A DNA stretch of 64,000 bases from NCBI GenBank assembly GCA_943787795.1, contig CALSNU010000007.1:96001-160000 (forward strand). The letters are read 5' to 3'. The position numbers were made by a program, and so were the translations under genes. Source of the DNA: an uncultured bacterium (GTDB taxonomy: Bacteria; Planctomycetota; UBA1135; GCA-002686595). Shown here piece after piece: positions 55,709-64,000 of this stretch (positions are counted from its first letter, which is position 1; each line of letters starts with the position of its first letter). The notes below the pieces were generated by a model, which saw nothing but the letters and a program-made list of their open reading frames with translations, had not been told where the DNA came from and did not search any database.

Positions 55709-56206
55709 ATGCTTTGCTCTGACCTCTTCCTGACCGACGCCTTCCTCATCAAGGGGAACGTCGAGAACAAGTACACGCGGCTGTCCAAGATCCTGGACGA
55801 GCATCGAAAGACGTTCCTCCGGATCCGGGACTGCACGCTCGTGGACCTGAAGTCGCGAGACCAGATCCACACGCCGCTGCTCCACATCAACCTCGACGAG
55901 GTGCTGATCGCCCACGAGTTCCTCGATGAGGCCGGGGATGGCGTGATGGCTGAGATCTCCCGTGAGGCGGACCTCGACAAGGTGCGTGTCTTCTACACAG
56001 GGCACCTCAACATCGAGCTGGCGGGCTTCATTCGGCCGGGTTCCTACGACGTGTCGGACACGTCCACGCGCCGCTTCTTCGTGATGCGGGAGCCCGAGCT
56101 GCGCGGCTTCAACGATCAGGGCGACGACGAGCTCCGGAAGCTCACGGACCTCTCCTACGCGATCGTCAACAAGCAGCGCCTGAGCTACGTCTACGACTTC
56201 AATTGA
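55709..56206 (+). CDS. Conserved hypothetical protein, two tandem beta-rich repeats (possibly DUF6812-like)
   Basis: Strong coding bias; IKG...RLSKILD..FL.IRD and second half LAG...FFVM..P, AIVNK. Confidence 0.7.
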   Translation: MLCSDLFLTDAFLIKGNVENKYTRLSKILDEHRKTFLRIRDCTLVDLKSRDQIHTPLLHINLDEVLIAHEFLDEAGDGVMAEISREADLDKVRVFYTGHLNIELAGFIRPGSYDVSDTSTRRFFVMREPELRGFNDQGDDELRKLTDLSYAIVNKQRLSYVYDFN

Positions 56207-56249
56207 GTCGTCGGCGGTCGGGCAGGCGTCTCCGCGCCCGACCCACGGG

Positions 56250-57263
56250 CTACTCTTCGGGAGCCTCGCTCGAGTCGTCCGGGTCATAGGCCCCCTCGGG
56301 GTCGACCTCGTCCAGCAGGCTCAGGTAGCTCGCATAGCGCGTGTCCGCGAGGAGCCCCTCTTCCGACGCGTCGGCCACCCCGCAGCCCGGCTCATGGTCG
56401 TGGGTGCAGTCGGTGTACTGGCAGCTCGCCTGGAAGGGCGCGAGGTCAGGGAACAGGTCCCGAACCTGGGGGCGCTCCAGCCCGTGCAGGCGGAACACAC
56501 GGATCCCGGGGGTGTCGACCACGTAGCCGCCCATCTCGAGGCGGTGGAGCCGTGAGTAGGTGGTCGTGTGCTTGCCCTGCTTCCAGTAAGAGCTGATCTT
56601 CCCCTCCTTGATGTTGAGTCCCGGCTGAATCCGGTTCAGGAGGGTCGACTTCCCCGCCCCGCTCGGCCCGTAGAACACCGACACCCGATCCTTGAGGAGC
56701 GCGCACATCTCCTCCACGCCATCACCGGACTTGGCAGAGGTGACGAGGACGCGCAGGTCCGGGACGTCCTGATAGGTCGAGACGTAGCGATCGACGAACG
56801 TGCCCTTCTTGTCGAGGTCCGCCTTGTTGAACACCAGCACCGCCGGGATCTGGTGCCAGCTACAGGCGGCGAGGATCCTGTCGGTCCGATTGCTCGAGAA
56901 GCCGGGGCTCCGGAGAGAGCCGATGACGAACAGCTGGTCCACGTTCGAGACGAGGACCTGCTCGCGCGGGTCGTGGGAGGAGGCGACCCTGCCGAGGTAG
57001 TTCCGCCTGGGCAGGACCTCCTCGAGGCTCGCGGGGTCCGTGGAGAGGTCCAGCCGGACCCGGTCGCCCACCGCGACGGGGTTCTTCTGCCCCTGGAGGT
57101 CCTCGAACAGCGCGCCGCGCAGGGCCGCGAGGATGGGCTCCCCCGGGGCGGTCTCGCGTACGGCAGACGACCCTGCGGTGACGGTCTCCTCGTCCACGTC
57201 CACGTGGACCACCTTGGCGTCCACGCGGACGACTCTCCCGAGAGCGTTGGCGCCAGCAGTCAT
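56250..57263 (-). CDS. rsgA: Ribosome small subunit-dependent GTPase A
   Basis: AVGDRV, NKADL, GPSGAGKSTL, GKHTTT, DTPG, Zn motif CQYTDCTHDHEPGC. Confidence 0.95.
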   Translation of the reverse strand: MTAGANALGRVVRVDAKVVHVDVDEETVTAGSSAVRETAPGEPILAALRGALFEDLQGQKNPVAVGDRVRLDLSTDPASLEEVLPRRNYLGRVASSHDPREQVLVSNVDQLFVIGSLRSPGFSSNRTDRILAACSWHQIPAVLVFNKADLDKKGTFVDRYVSTYQDVPDLRVLVTSAKSGDGVEEMCALLKDRVSVFYGPSGAGKSTLLNRIQPGLNIKEGKISSYWKQGKHTTTYSRLHRLEMGGYVVDTPGIRVFRLHGLERPQVRDLFPDLAPFQASCQYTDCTHDHEPGCGVADASEEGLLADTRYASYLSLLDEVDPEGAYDPDDSSEAPEE

Positions 57264-57294
57264 TGGCGACAAGGGTACGCGGTATCCTCTCACC

Positions 57295-58068
57295 ATGGAT
57301 GAGGGACAGGAGGTGATCCGTTCACGGGCCAACCCGGCCCTGAAGCGCGTCGACCGCGTGGCGCGGGGCAAGGAGCCCGAGGCCATGCTCCTGGAGGGTG
57401 AGCGGCTGGTGCTCGATGGGCTAGGTGCCGGGCTGGAGCCGGAGCTGCTCCTGGTGCGGGACGATCGCTTGGAGTTGATGGAGCGGCTCCAGGGTCCCAG
57501 TACGCGGGCCGTTGCCGCCCCGCTGTTCGAGCGCCTCGGCACTCTCTCCACGCCGCCCGGGGTCCTGGGCGTGTTCCCACGGCCTGCGCAGCTCGATGAG
57601 GTCGACCTCGAGGGGTCCCTTCAGCGCCACGGGCTGGTGCTCGGCGTCGCCGGGGTGGCCGATCCGGGCAACCTCGGAGCCCTCGCGCGCAGCGCCGAGG
57701 CCGCTGGTGCCACGGCGCTCGTCGTGGCAACGGGGGGCGCTCGACCCTTCACTCCCAAGGCGCTCCGGGGCTCCATGGGGAGCCTGCTTCGTCTGCCGGT
57801 GTACGAGATCTCGGACCTTGGTCGCGCCGTGGGAGCGCTCGAGCGCGGTGGGTTCCGCCAGCACATCGCCGCGACCCGCGGCGGCGCTCCGCTCGACTCG
57901 ACGTCGTTCTCCAAGCGGGTGGTCGTCTGGATGTCGGGAGAGACCGGGGAGGCTCCGGCCGAGCTGCGCGGCTGCGAGCCGGTCACCATCCCCATGGCGG
58001 GCCAGGTGGAGTCCCTCAACGTCACCGTCGCCGGCGCGCTCATGCTGTTCGCCGCCGGGCGTCGCTGA
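57295..58068 (+). CDS. TrmH/SpoU family RNA methyltransferase
   Basis: IRSRANP, EGERL, DPGNLGALARSA.AAG, RGSMGS, IPM.G.VESLNV. Confidence 0.92.
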   Translation: MDEGQEVIRSRANPALKRVDRVARGKEPEAMLLEGERLVLDGLGAGLEPELLLVRDDRLELMERLQGPSTRAVAAPLFERLGTLSTPPGVLGVFPRPAQLDEVDLEGSLQRHGLVLGVAGVADPGNLGALARSAEAAGATALVVATGGARPFTPKALRGSMGSLLRLPVYEISDLGRAVGALERGGFRQHIAATRGGAPLDSTSFSKRVVVWMSGETGEAPAELRGCEPVTIPMAGQVESLNVTVAGALMLFAAGRR

Positions 58069-58188
58069 GGAGCCTTCAGGCCCGGACCGCTTGTGGCTCG
58101 GGGTGCCGCGGGCCACACTCAATCCGGGGTCGCGTGCCCGCGGCACCTTCGTCGCACGGCGACCTGGAACCCGGGTGGGAGAGCGACG

Positions 58189-59508
58189 ATGGAATCACGA
58201 CGATGCGCGCTGGCCGGATCCTTCCTCTCACTGGTGGGTGCGGTCCAGCTCCCCGCTCAGGAGGCGGCTGCCCCCGCCACCGGCGCTCCCGATGCGACCA
58301 TTGGGCCGGTCCTCGGGGACCTGCGCCCCGACGGCGCGAAGGTGTGGCTCCGGCTCGACGGCGGCCGCACGGCGCGGCGCACGCTGTTCGAGGACGGCGC
58401 CCCCCGCAGCCGGGGCCCGCTCAAGCCGCGGGTCGACGCGGACGGGACGGCGGTGCTCGAGCTCGAGCGGCTCCGGCCAGGGACGGACTACCGGGTCCTC
58501 CTCGAGGTGGAGGGAGAGGCCGACCTGGAGGTCACCTTCACCACGCCGAGGCCCCACGCCGAGGTGACGTCCGCGCGGGTGGTGTTCGGCTCCTGCGCGA
58601 GCCACGACCGCTTTGAGGCCCAGCCCATCTGGACGTCCATGGCGGCCGTGGAGCCTGACGCCGTGGTGCTGCTGGGGGACACGCCCTATATCGACAGCAC
58701 GGAGCTCGCGCGGCAGCGCCGCCGCTATCGGGAGTTCTGGTCCATCCCCGAGCTGCGTCCGCTCGCAGCGAGCGTCCCGGTCTACGCCACATGGGACGAC
58801 CACGACTTCGCCACCAACGACCAGGTGGGGGCCCAGCCGGGGCGGGAGCGGTCGCGGCGTGCGTTCATCGAGTATCACCCCCAGCCCTCCTTCGGCGACG
58901 GCGAGGGCGGGATCTACACGTCCTTCCGGCGGGGACCCATGGAGGTCTTCCTGGTGGATACTCGGTGGTTCGGAGACGAGGAGGCGTTTGGTGAACCGGG
59001 CTCGGGGCAGACCTCCTTGCTCGGCGCCGTGCAGCGGGAGCAGCTGATCGCTGAGGTCTCCGCGTCGGAGGCGGACGTCAAGGTGCTGGCGTGCGGGATG
59101 GTCTGGAACGGGGCGGTCCGGCCGGGCAAGCGCGACTGCTGGTGGACCTGGCGCCACGAGCTCGACGGGATCCTCTCCGCCCTCGGTGCGGCCAAGGTCA
59201 AGGGCGTCGTGCTGGTGGGCGGGGATGTCCACAGGCCCCGCATCATCCGGCACGGAGACGCGCGAGAGCGCCTGGGGTATGCGCCGATCGAGTTCGTCTC
59301 GTCTCCCATGGCGAATCACCCGATCGCCGCGGCCGCAGCGCCGCACCCTGGTCTGCTCTGGGACGCGACCGCGGACTCGGTGGCCTTCGTCCTCGAGGTC
59401 GAGGTCGAGGTCGGTGAGTCGGCGCCGAGGGTGGAGGGGCGGATGATCGGCCCCAAGAACGAAGTCCTCCGGACCCACCTGGTGGATCCAGAGGACCTCG
59501 GCTACTGA
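58189..59508 (+). CDS. PhoD-like alkaline phosphatase D family metallophosphoesterase
   Basis: Signal peptide; FGSC, LGDTPYID, WDDHDF, DTRW, GGDVH. Confidence 0.88.
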   Translation: MESRRCALAGSFLSLVGAVQLPAQEAAAPATGAPDATIGPVLGDLRPDGAKVWLRLDGGRTARRTLFEDGAPRSRGPLKPRVDADGTAVLELERLRPGTDYRVLLEVEGEADLEVTFTTPRPHAEVTSARVVFGSCASHDRFEAQPIWTSMAAVEPDAVVLLGDTPYIDSTELARQRRRYREFWSIPELRPLAASVPVYATWDDHDFATNDQVGAQPGRERSRRAFIEYHPQPSFGDGEGGIYTSFRRGPMEVFLVDTRWFGDEEAFGEPGSGQTSLLGAVQREQLIAEVSASEADVKVLACGMVWNGAVRPGKRDCWWTWRHELDGILSALGAAKVKGVVLVGGDVHRPRIIRHGDARERLGYAPIEFVSSPMANHPIAAAAAPHPGLLWDATADSVAFVLEVEVEVGESAPRVEGRMIGPKNEVLRTHLVDPEDLGY

Positions 59509-59517
59509 GCTCCTGCG

Positions 59518-60201
59518 CTAGCGGCGAGAGCGCCTGGATCCCGTGCGTCCCTTGAGGGCGCTCGAGCCGCGTCGCTGGGGCTGCCGCTGGACTCGTTCAG
59601 GGAAGCGGCCGGTGCCGCCCCGGGCTCCGGCGCGGCGCTCATCAGAGCGCTGCCACCGGGACCGCTGGTTGTCGGAGGGCCCGACGGCGCCTCGGGGCGC
59701 GCGCTGAGCGCGGGCCGGGCGCTGCCCTTGGGCCTTCGACCGTCCGCGCGCGTCGCCCAGCCGTCGGGCGGCGCGCCCGCGCTTCATCCGCGCCTGAGCA
59801 CGCGCGGACCTGACGCGGGTGGAGCGGTCGCGGCTCGGTCGGGCCGACCCAGCGCGGGTCGACTCAGCGCGGGTCGACTCAGCGCGGGCCGACCCAGGGC
59901 GAGCGTTGGGCCTGCGACGAGCTCCCGCTTCCTCCCGTTGACCGGCGCGCCTGCCCTCCGCGCGGCGCGCTCCCTGGACGTCCCTGCGGGACCTGAGCTT
60001 CGAGCTTGAGCCCCGGACTCGTCGTCCCTCCCGGGCGTCGAGGCCGTCGAGGCCGTCGAGGCCGTCGGGGGTGGCCGGCGTCTCCGACGTGACGGGCGCC
60101 TTCTGGCCACCGCGACGCGTCTCCTGGGGCTGCGCCTCGGCGGACGGGGAGAGCGAGATGACGAGCGCCCAGGCGAGCAGCGCGAGTGAGATGTGCTTCA
60201 T
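59518..60201 (-). CDS. Secreted Arg-rich low-complexity hypothetical protein
   Basis: Signal peptide MKHISLALLAWALVISLSPSAEAQ with AGGA RBS; DGL and RAEST repeats. Confidence 0.55.
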   Translation of the reverse strand: MKHISLALLAWALVISLSPSAEAQPQETRRGGQKAPVTSETPATPDGLDGLDGLDAREGRRVRGSSSKLRSRRDVQGARRAEGRRAGQREEAGARRRPNARPGSARAESTRAESTRAGSARPSRDRSTRVRSARAQARMKRGRAARRLGDARGRSKAQGQRPARAQRAPRGAVGPSDNQRSRWQRSDERRAGARGGTGRFPERVQRQPQRRGSSALKGRTGSRRSRR

Positions 60202-60337
60202 GTGTCGTTCCTGTTCAGGGTCCATTCGATGCCGCGACTGGTGGGCGGCACGAGGGAGGAACCGGGGGGAACGAGCGTGGGTTTGCGCCGATACGTCAGC
60301 GGAGGGGTCGCTGTTGCCAGCGGTCGAGAACGGACCG

Positions 60338-60814
60338 TCAGGGGGGCGGCGCCTCGTCCGGCGTCTCGTCCGGAGCCACGTTGACCATCCAGGTGGAGAA
60401 GCCGTCGAGGAACGCCCGGAACCCCTCCACGTGCTCGGCGGGGAAGCCGTAGTTCGCCGGCGCCTCGTCGATCACCCGGTGGAACGCGTCCAGCCAAATG
60501 CCCCTGGCCGCCTCGTCGATCTCGAAGGGGAAGTGCCGCATCCTCATGCGCGGCGGCCCGTACCGCTCGTTGAACAGTGGTGGCCCCCCGAGCAGCTGTA
60601 CGAAGAAGGCCGCCGAGCGCTCGGAGGCGGCCTTCATGTCGTCAGGGAACCAGCGCCGCAGGTCCGACTGCTCCAGCTCCCCGTAGAAGTCGGCGAGCAT
60701 CCGGAAGACGCCCTCCTGACCGATCGCCTCGAGGATCTCGGGGGACGGCCGGGTCATCTGGGGCGGCCCAGAGGCGGGGACGTGAATCGGGCGTGTGCGT
60801 TCAGGCGCGGACAT
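60338..60814 (-). CDS. Truncated hemoglobin (group II, trHbO-like)
   Basis: IG......ADFY, FP, FFVQLLGGPPLF..RYGPPRMRMRHFPFEI....WL..F, MVN. Confidence 0.85.
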   Translation of the reverse strand: MSAPERTRPIHVPASGPPQMTRPSPEILEAIGQEGVFRMLADFYGELEQSDLRRWFPDDMKAASERSAAFFVQLLGGPPLFNERYGPPRMRMRHFPFEIDEAARGIWLDAFHRVIDEAPANYGFPAEHVEGFRAFLDGFSTWMVNVAPDETPDEAPPP

Positions 60815-61014
60815 GGTGGGAGTCTAGGGCCTCTCCGCCGGACGTCGCCCCCCATGCTCCAGAGTCATGGATACGCCGGCGGAGGAGGGATGGGCGCTGG
60901 ACCTCCTCACGCCTTCTCCGTCCTTGCTGGCGGCTCTCTTCTTCGAGTCATGGTCCCGTCCGGGGGGGGGGCGTACCATCGACCCCGAGGCGCCGACGGA
61001 GGTCCTCGATCACC

Positions 61015-62310
61015 ATGACCGCAGCCCTCTTCGATGATGACGATCCGCGTGGGCGTGATCGTGAGGACCCGGTCGCGGAGGCGCCCGCCGACGCGCCCCT
61101 GGCCGAGCGCGTCCGGCCGCGACGGGCGGGGGAGGTCTTCGGACAATCGCACCTGCTGGGCGAAGGGAAGCTCCTGCAGCGTGTCCTCGACGGGGAGGTC
61201 CAGCAGAGCCTGCTCCTCTGGGGGCCGCCGGGCGTGGGGAAGACCACCCTCGCGCGCCTTGTGGCCGACGCTTCGGGTGCGCGTTTTGTGCCGTTCTCGG
61301 CCGTGCTCTCCGGGGTGAAGGAGGTCCGCGCGGTGATGGGAGAGGCGCGGGACCGCCGCGCGCGGACCGGCGATCGCACGCTGCTCTTCGTGGACGAGAT
61401 TCACCGCTTCAACAAGGCGCAGCAGGACGCCTTCCTGCCGTTTGTCGAGCGGGGGGACGTGCTGCTCATCGGTGCGACCACGGAGAACCCGTCCTTCGAG
61501 CTCAACGCGGCGCTGCTCTCGCGCTGCCGCGTGCTGGTGCTGGAGCCGCTCTCGTCGGAGGAGACGGTCGGGCTCATCCAGAGCGCCTGCCAGTCGGAGC
61601 GGGGCCTGGGCGGCCGGATCGAGCTGGATGACGAGCAGGTCAAGCGGATCGCCAACGCCAGTGACGGGGACGCCCGGCGGGCGTTGACCCTGCTGGAGAC
61701 CGTGGCCGCGGTGAGCCTGAGCGGCGGCAGGGTGGACGACGACGCCCTCGCCGAGGCGCTCCAGCGCAAGTCTGTGCGCTACGACCGCTCGGGAGATCAG
61801 CACTTCGACCTGGTCAGCGCGCTCCACAAGAGCATCCGCAACTCGGACCAGAACGCCGCCATCTACTGGCTGGCGCGGATGCTGGAGGGAGGAGAAGACC
61901 GGCGCTACCTCTCCCGGCGCCTGGTCCGGATCGCCTCCGAGGACATCGGCCTGGCTGACCCCTTTGCGCTCCGGGTGGCGCTCGATGCCGCGGATGCGTT
62001 CGATCGCCTCGGGGTTCCCGAGGGCGACCTGGCCCTCGCCCAGGCGGCCGTGTACCTCGCCAGGGCGCCCAAGAGCAACGCCGTCTACAAGGCGCTGGCG
62101 GCCGCCCAGCGGGATGTGCAGGACACCGCGAGTGAACCCGTCCCCCTGCACCTGCGGAATGCCCCGACGGCCCTGATGAAGGGGCTGGGTCACGGCCAAG
62201 GCTACCGGTACGTGCACGACGACCCCAAGGCTCGCGAGGAGATGAAGTGCATGCCGCCGGGGCTCGAGGGCCGCAAGTACCTCGAGGACGATCCTCCGGC
62301 GCGTTTCTGA
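61015..62310 (+). CDS. rarA: Replication-associated recombination protein A (MgsA)
   Basis: PLAERVRP, WGPPGVGKTT, DEIHRFNKAQQD, GATTENPSF, SALHKSIRNSD, SEDIGLADP, VPLHLRNAPT. Confidence 0.96.
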   Translation: MTAALFDDDDPRGRDREDPVAEAPADAPLAERVRPRRAGEVFGQSHLLGEGKLLQRVLDGEVQQSLLLWGPPGVGKTTLARLVADASGARFVPFSAVLSGVKEVRAVMGEARDRRARTGDRTLLFVDEIHRFNKAQQDAFLPFVERGDVLLIGATTENPSFELNAALLSRCRVLVLEPLSSEETVGLIQSACQSERGLGGRIELDDEQVKRIANASDGDARRALTLLETVAAVSLSGGRVDDDALAEALQRKSVRYDRSGDQHFDLVSALHKSIRNSDQNAAIYWLARMLEGGEDRRYLSRRLVRIASEDIGLADPFALRVALDAADAFDRLGVPEGDLALAQAAVYLARAPKSNAVYKALAAAQRDVQDTASEPVPLHLRNAPTALMKGLGHGQGYRYVHDDPKAREEMKCMPPGLEGRKYLEDDPPARF

Positions 62311-62440
62311 GCGGCTACAGGCCCCTCGAATCGAGCACTAGAGCCTTGTCTGAGGCATCTGAGGGCTCTACAACCTCGCAACCCGCAGGTGACTGTGGGC
62401 GCGGAGGACGGCGTGTTGCCGTTCCTTCCGTAACGCAAGC

Positions 62441-62480
62441 CACGGGGCTGCGGCGCTTGCGTCGTGGCCCCGTGACTTTT
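62441..62480 (+). terminator. Intrinsic terminator: 15-bp stem, CUUG loop, U-tract
   Basis: CACGGGGCTGCGGCG-CTTG-CGTCGTGGCCCCGTG-ACTTTT; G-U pairs favour the + strand. Confidence 0.75.
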
Positions 62481-62525
62481 CATGCGCCGCGTCCCTCGAC
62501 GGTGGAACGTCGATGCGTACGGCGG

Positions 62526-63413
62526 CTACTCGATCCGGAGGGCCAGCACCGGACCGCTGGCCTGCTTGAGGACGGCGTGGGTGACTCCCCCGAGGATCGC
62601 GGCGCTCAGGCCGGTATGGCCTTGGGTGCCCATGACCGTCAGGTCGCCTTCCTGTCGAGCCTCCTCGATGGCGCTGATCGTGGGGCCGACGACAAACTCA
62701 GTGGTGTGCTCGACACCCTGCCAGTCGACCTCGTCCATCCGCGCTTCAAAGCTCGCCTTGATGGACTCGTGAAGTCCTTCGACGACATAGGCGGGGACCA
62801 TGAGGTCTGCGCTCCCCTGCGTCATGGGGTCGAAGAGCGCCGGGGGCTGGCTCACGTGCAGCACCGAGAGCGGCAGCTTGAGGTGAAGCGCCAGGTCGCG
62901 TGCCATCTCGAGCGCCGTCATGCCACGGGTGGAGAGGTCACAGGGCGCCAGGATCCGCGTGAGCGGGCGGGGCTCGGTGGGCTGGCTCCAAACATGGCAG
63001 TGGGCGCCGGCAAAGACCGCGCGCTGGGTTCCGCCGAGATCGAAGAAGTGCTGCTTCGTGTGCGGCCCAAGGATGACCAGGTCAGCCCCGATGGACCGCG
63101 CGGCGCGCAGCAGCGCAGCGTGGGGGCGACCGAGCTCCACGTGGACCTCACTGGCGCCCCGGCCGAGGCGTGCGTCCGATCGTTCTCGCATGCGATGGGT
63201 GGCGGCCTCGGCGAGCTTCACCGTGTGATCGACGATCTCGGTGATCGGGCCGCTCGTGTCATCGACCAGCGGCACGTCGAGGGCATGGACAACGTGGAGC
63301 TGCGCCCCGAAGGCCGCGGCGATCTTCGCCGCTGCGTGCAGCGCGCGGTCGCCTCCGGCGCGGCCGTCGTCTCCAACGACCGCGGACGCGATGGGCAGGA
63401 GAGTCTTCGTCAT
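62526..63413 (-). CDS. Universal stress protein (two USP domains)
   Basis: LHVVHA, GRP..ALL..A..ADLVILG; ILAPCDLS, DLTVMGTQGHTGL..AILGGVT.AVL..ASGPVL. Confidence 0.92.
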   Translation of the reverse strand: MTKTLLPIASAVVGDDGRAGGDRALHAAAKIAAAFGAQLHVVHALDVPLVDDTSGPITEIVDHTVKLAEAATHRMRERSDARLGRGASEVHVELGRPHAALLRAARSIGADLVILGPHTKQHFFDLGGTQRAVFAGAHCHVWSQPTEPRPLTRILAPCDLSTRGMTALEMARDLALHLKLPLSVLHVSQPPALFDPMTQGSADLMVPAYVVEGLHESIKASFEARMDEVDWQGVEHTTEFVVGPTISAIEEARQEGDLTVMGTQGHTGLSAAILGGVTHAVLKQASGPVLALRIE

Positions 63414-63420
63414 GGCAGGT

Positions 63421-64000
63421 TCAGTCCGAGGTGTCAGCGGCGTCTCTCAGACGTGCGGACAGAAGGCTGAGCCGGCTGGACTGCTCTGCGTTTTCGACCG
63501 CACGCTGAAGCGCCCTGCGCTCTCCGACGAGCACAACGAGGCGCTTGGCCCGCGTCATCGCAGTGTAGAAGAGGTTCCTCTGGAGCATGTGTGCGTGCTG
63601 TGTCGAGAGCGGGAACACGACGCAGGGGAACTCTCCTCCCTGGCTGCGGTGGACCGTCATGGCGAAGGCGGGCCGCAGATCGCCGAGCGCACCGCGCTCG
63701 TAGACGACCTCTCGTTCGGGAAATTTCACGGTCACCGTCCCGTCCGCGTCGACCTGCGAGATGCGCCCGAGGTCTCCGTTGAAGACCTCGCGCTCGTAGT
63801 CGTTGCGGGTCTGGACGACCCGGTCGCCGGTGCGCCACGTCTTTCCGTCGAAGAGGACCTCTCGGCCTCCCTCGCCGAGGGCGTCGCGCAGGCGCTCGTT
63901 GAGGGAGTCCACCCCGGCGGGGCCCTTGTACATGGGAGCCAGGACCTGCACGTCCCGGGCCCAGTCGAGCCCAAAGGTCTTGGGGACCCTCTCGGTCGCG
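63421..64000 (-). CDS. recD2: RecD2-like SF1B helicase, C-terminal part (5'-truncated by window edge)
   Basis: QVLAPM.KG..GV..LN, GDRVVQTRNDY..VFNGDLG, AFAMTVHRSQGGEF, RNLFYTAMTRAK. Confidence 0.93.
   Translation of the reverse strand, partial: ATERVPKTFGLDWARDVQVLAPMYKGPAGVDSLNERLRDALGEGGREVLFDGKTWRTGDRVVQTRNDYEREVFNGDLGRISQVDADGTVTVKFPEREVVYERGALGDLRPAFAMTVHRSQGGEFPCVVFPLSTQHAHMLQRNLFYTAMTRAKRLVVLVGERRALQRAVENAEQSSRLSLLSARLRDAADTSD

Noticed and set aside
1..64000. Numerous long antisense or alternate-frame ORFs (e.g. 2706-3854, 21178-22818, 30484-32001, 36282-38222, 48628-50160)
   Set aside because: They overlap well-supported genes and are expected shadows of high-GC codon usage.
1..64000. 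tRNA, rRNA, IS elements, integrases or prophage genes
   Set aside because: No cloverleaf, rRNA-like stretch, transposase, integrase or phage structural motif was recognised by eye.

Overview
High-GC bacterial chromosomal window, mostly core metabolism. It is probably from a Planctomycetota (OM190-like) lineage; this is inferred from gene content such as DUF1800/DUF1501, ECF sigmas, a sulfatase and FG-GAP proteins. About 50 genes are supported, including a Mn/Zn ABC transporter, prfB, purH, a DEAD helicase, nanA with a Kelch-SSS sialic acid transporter fusion, ribBA, two ECF sigma/anti-sigma pairs, a GspL/GspM-like pair, an SPFH pair, kynA, phoB/phoR with an OprO/P porin, a UbiD-family decarboxylase, folC, rsgA, phoD, rarA and recD2. 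No rRNA, tRNA, CRISPR array or IS element was seen. The ORF track misses several signals: (1) an unannotated thioredoxin-fold selenoprotein (3831-4223, U-S-Q-C, SECIS-like hairpin 11 nt after UGA) between the UGA-frameshifted prfB and a YyaL thioredoxin protein; (2) two unrelated secreted proteins sharing a ~140-aa C-terminal domain that may be a lineage-specific sorting or anchoring signal; (3) two candidate structured sRNAs (~38514-38614, ~62339-62480); (4) a cluster of DnaA-box-like 9-mers around an AT-rich tract (23673-24012); (5) tandem repeats duplicating gene 3' ends; (6) frameshifts clustered at 34.4-36.8 kb that may be assembly errors. All calls are by eye from motifs; no database searches were run.
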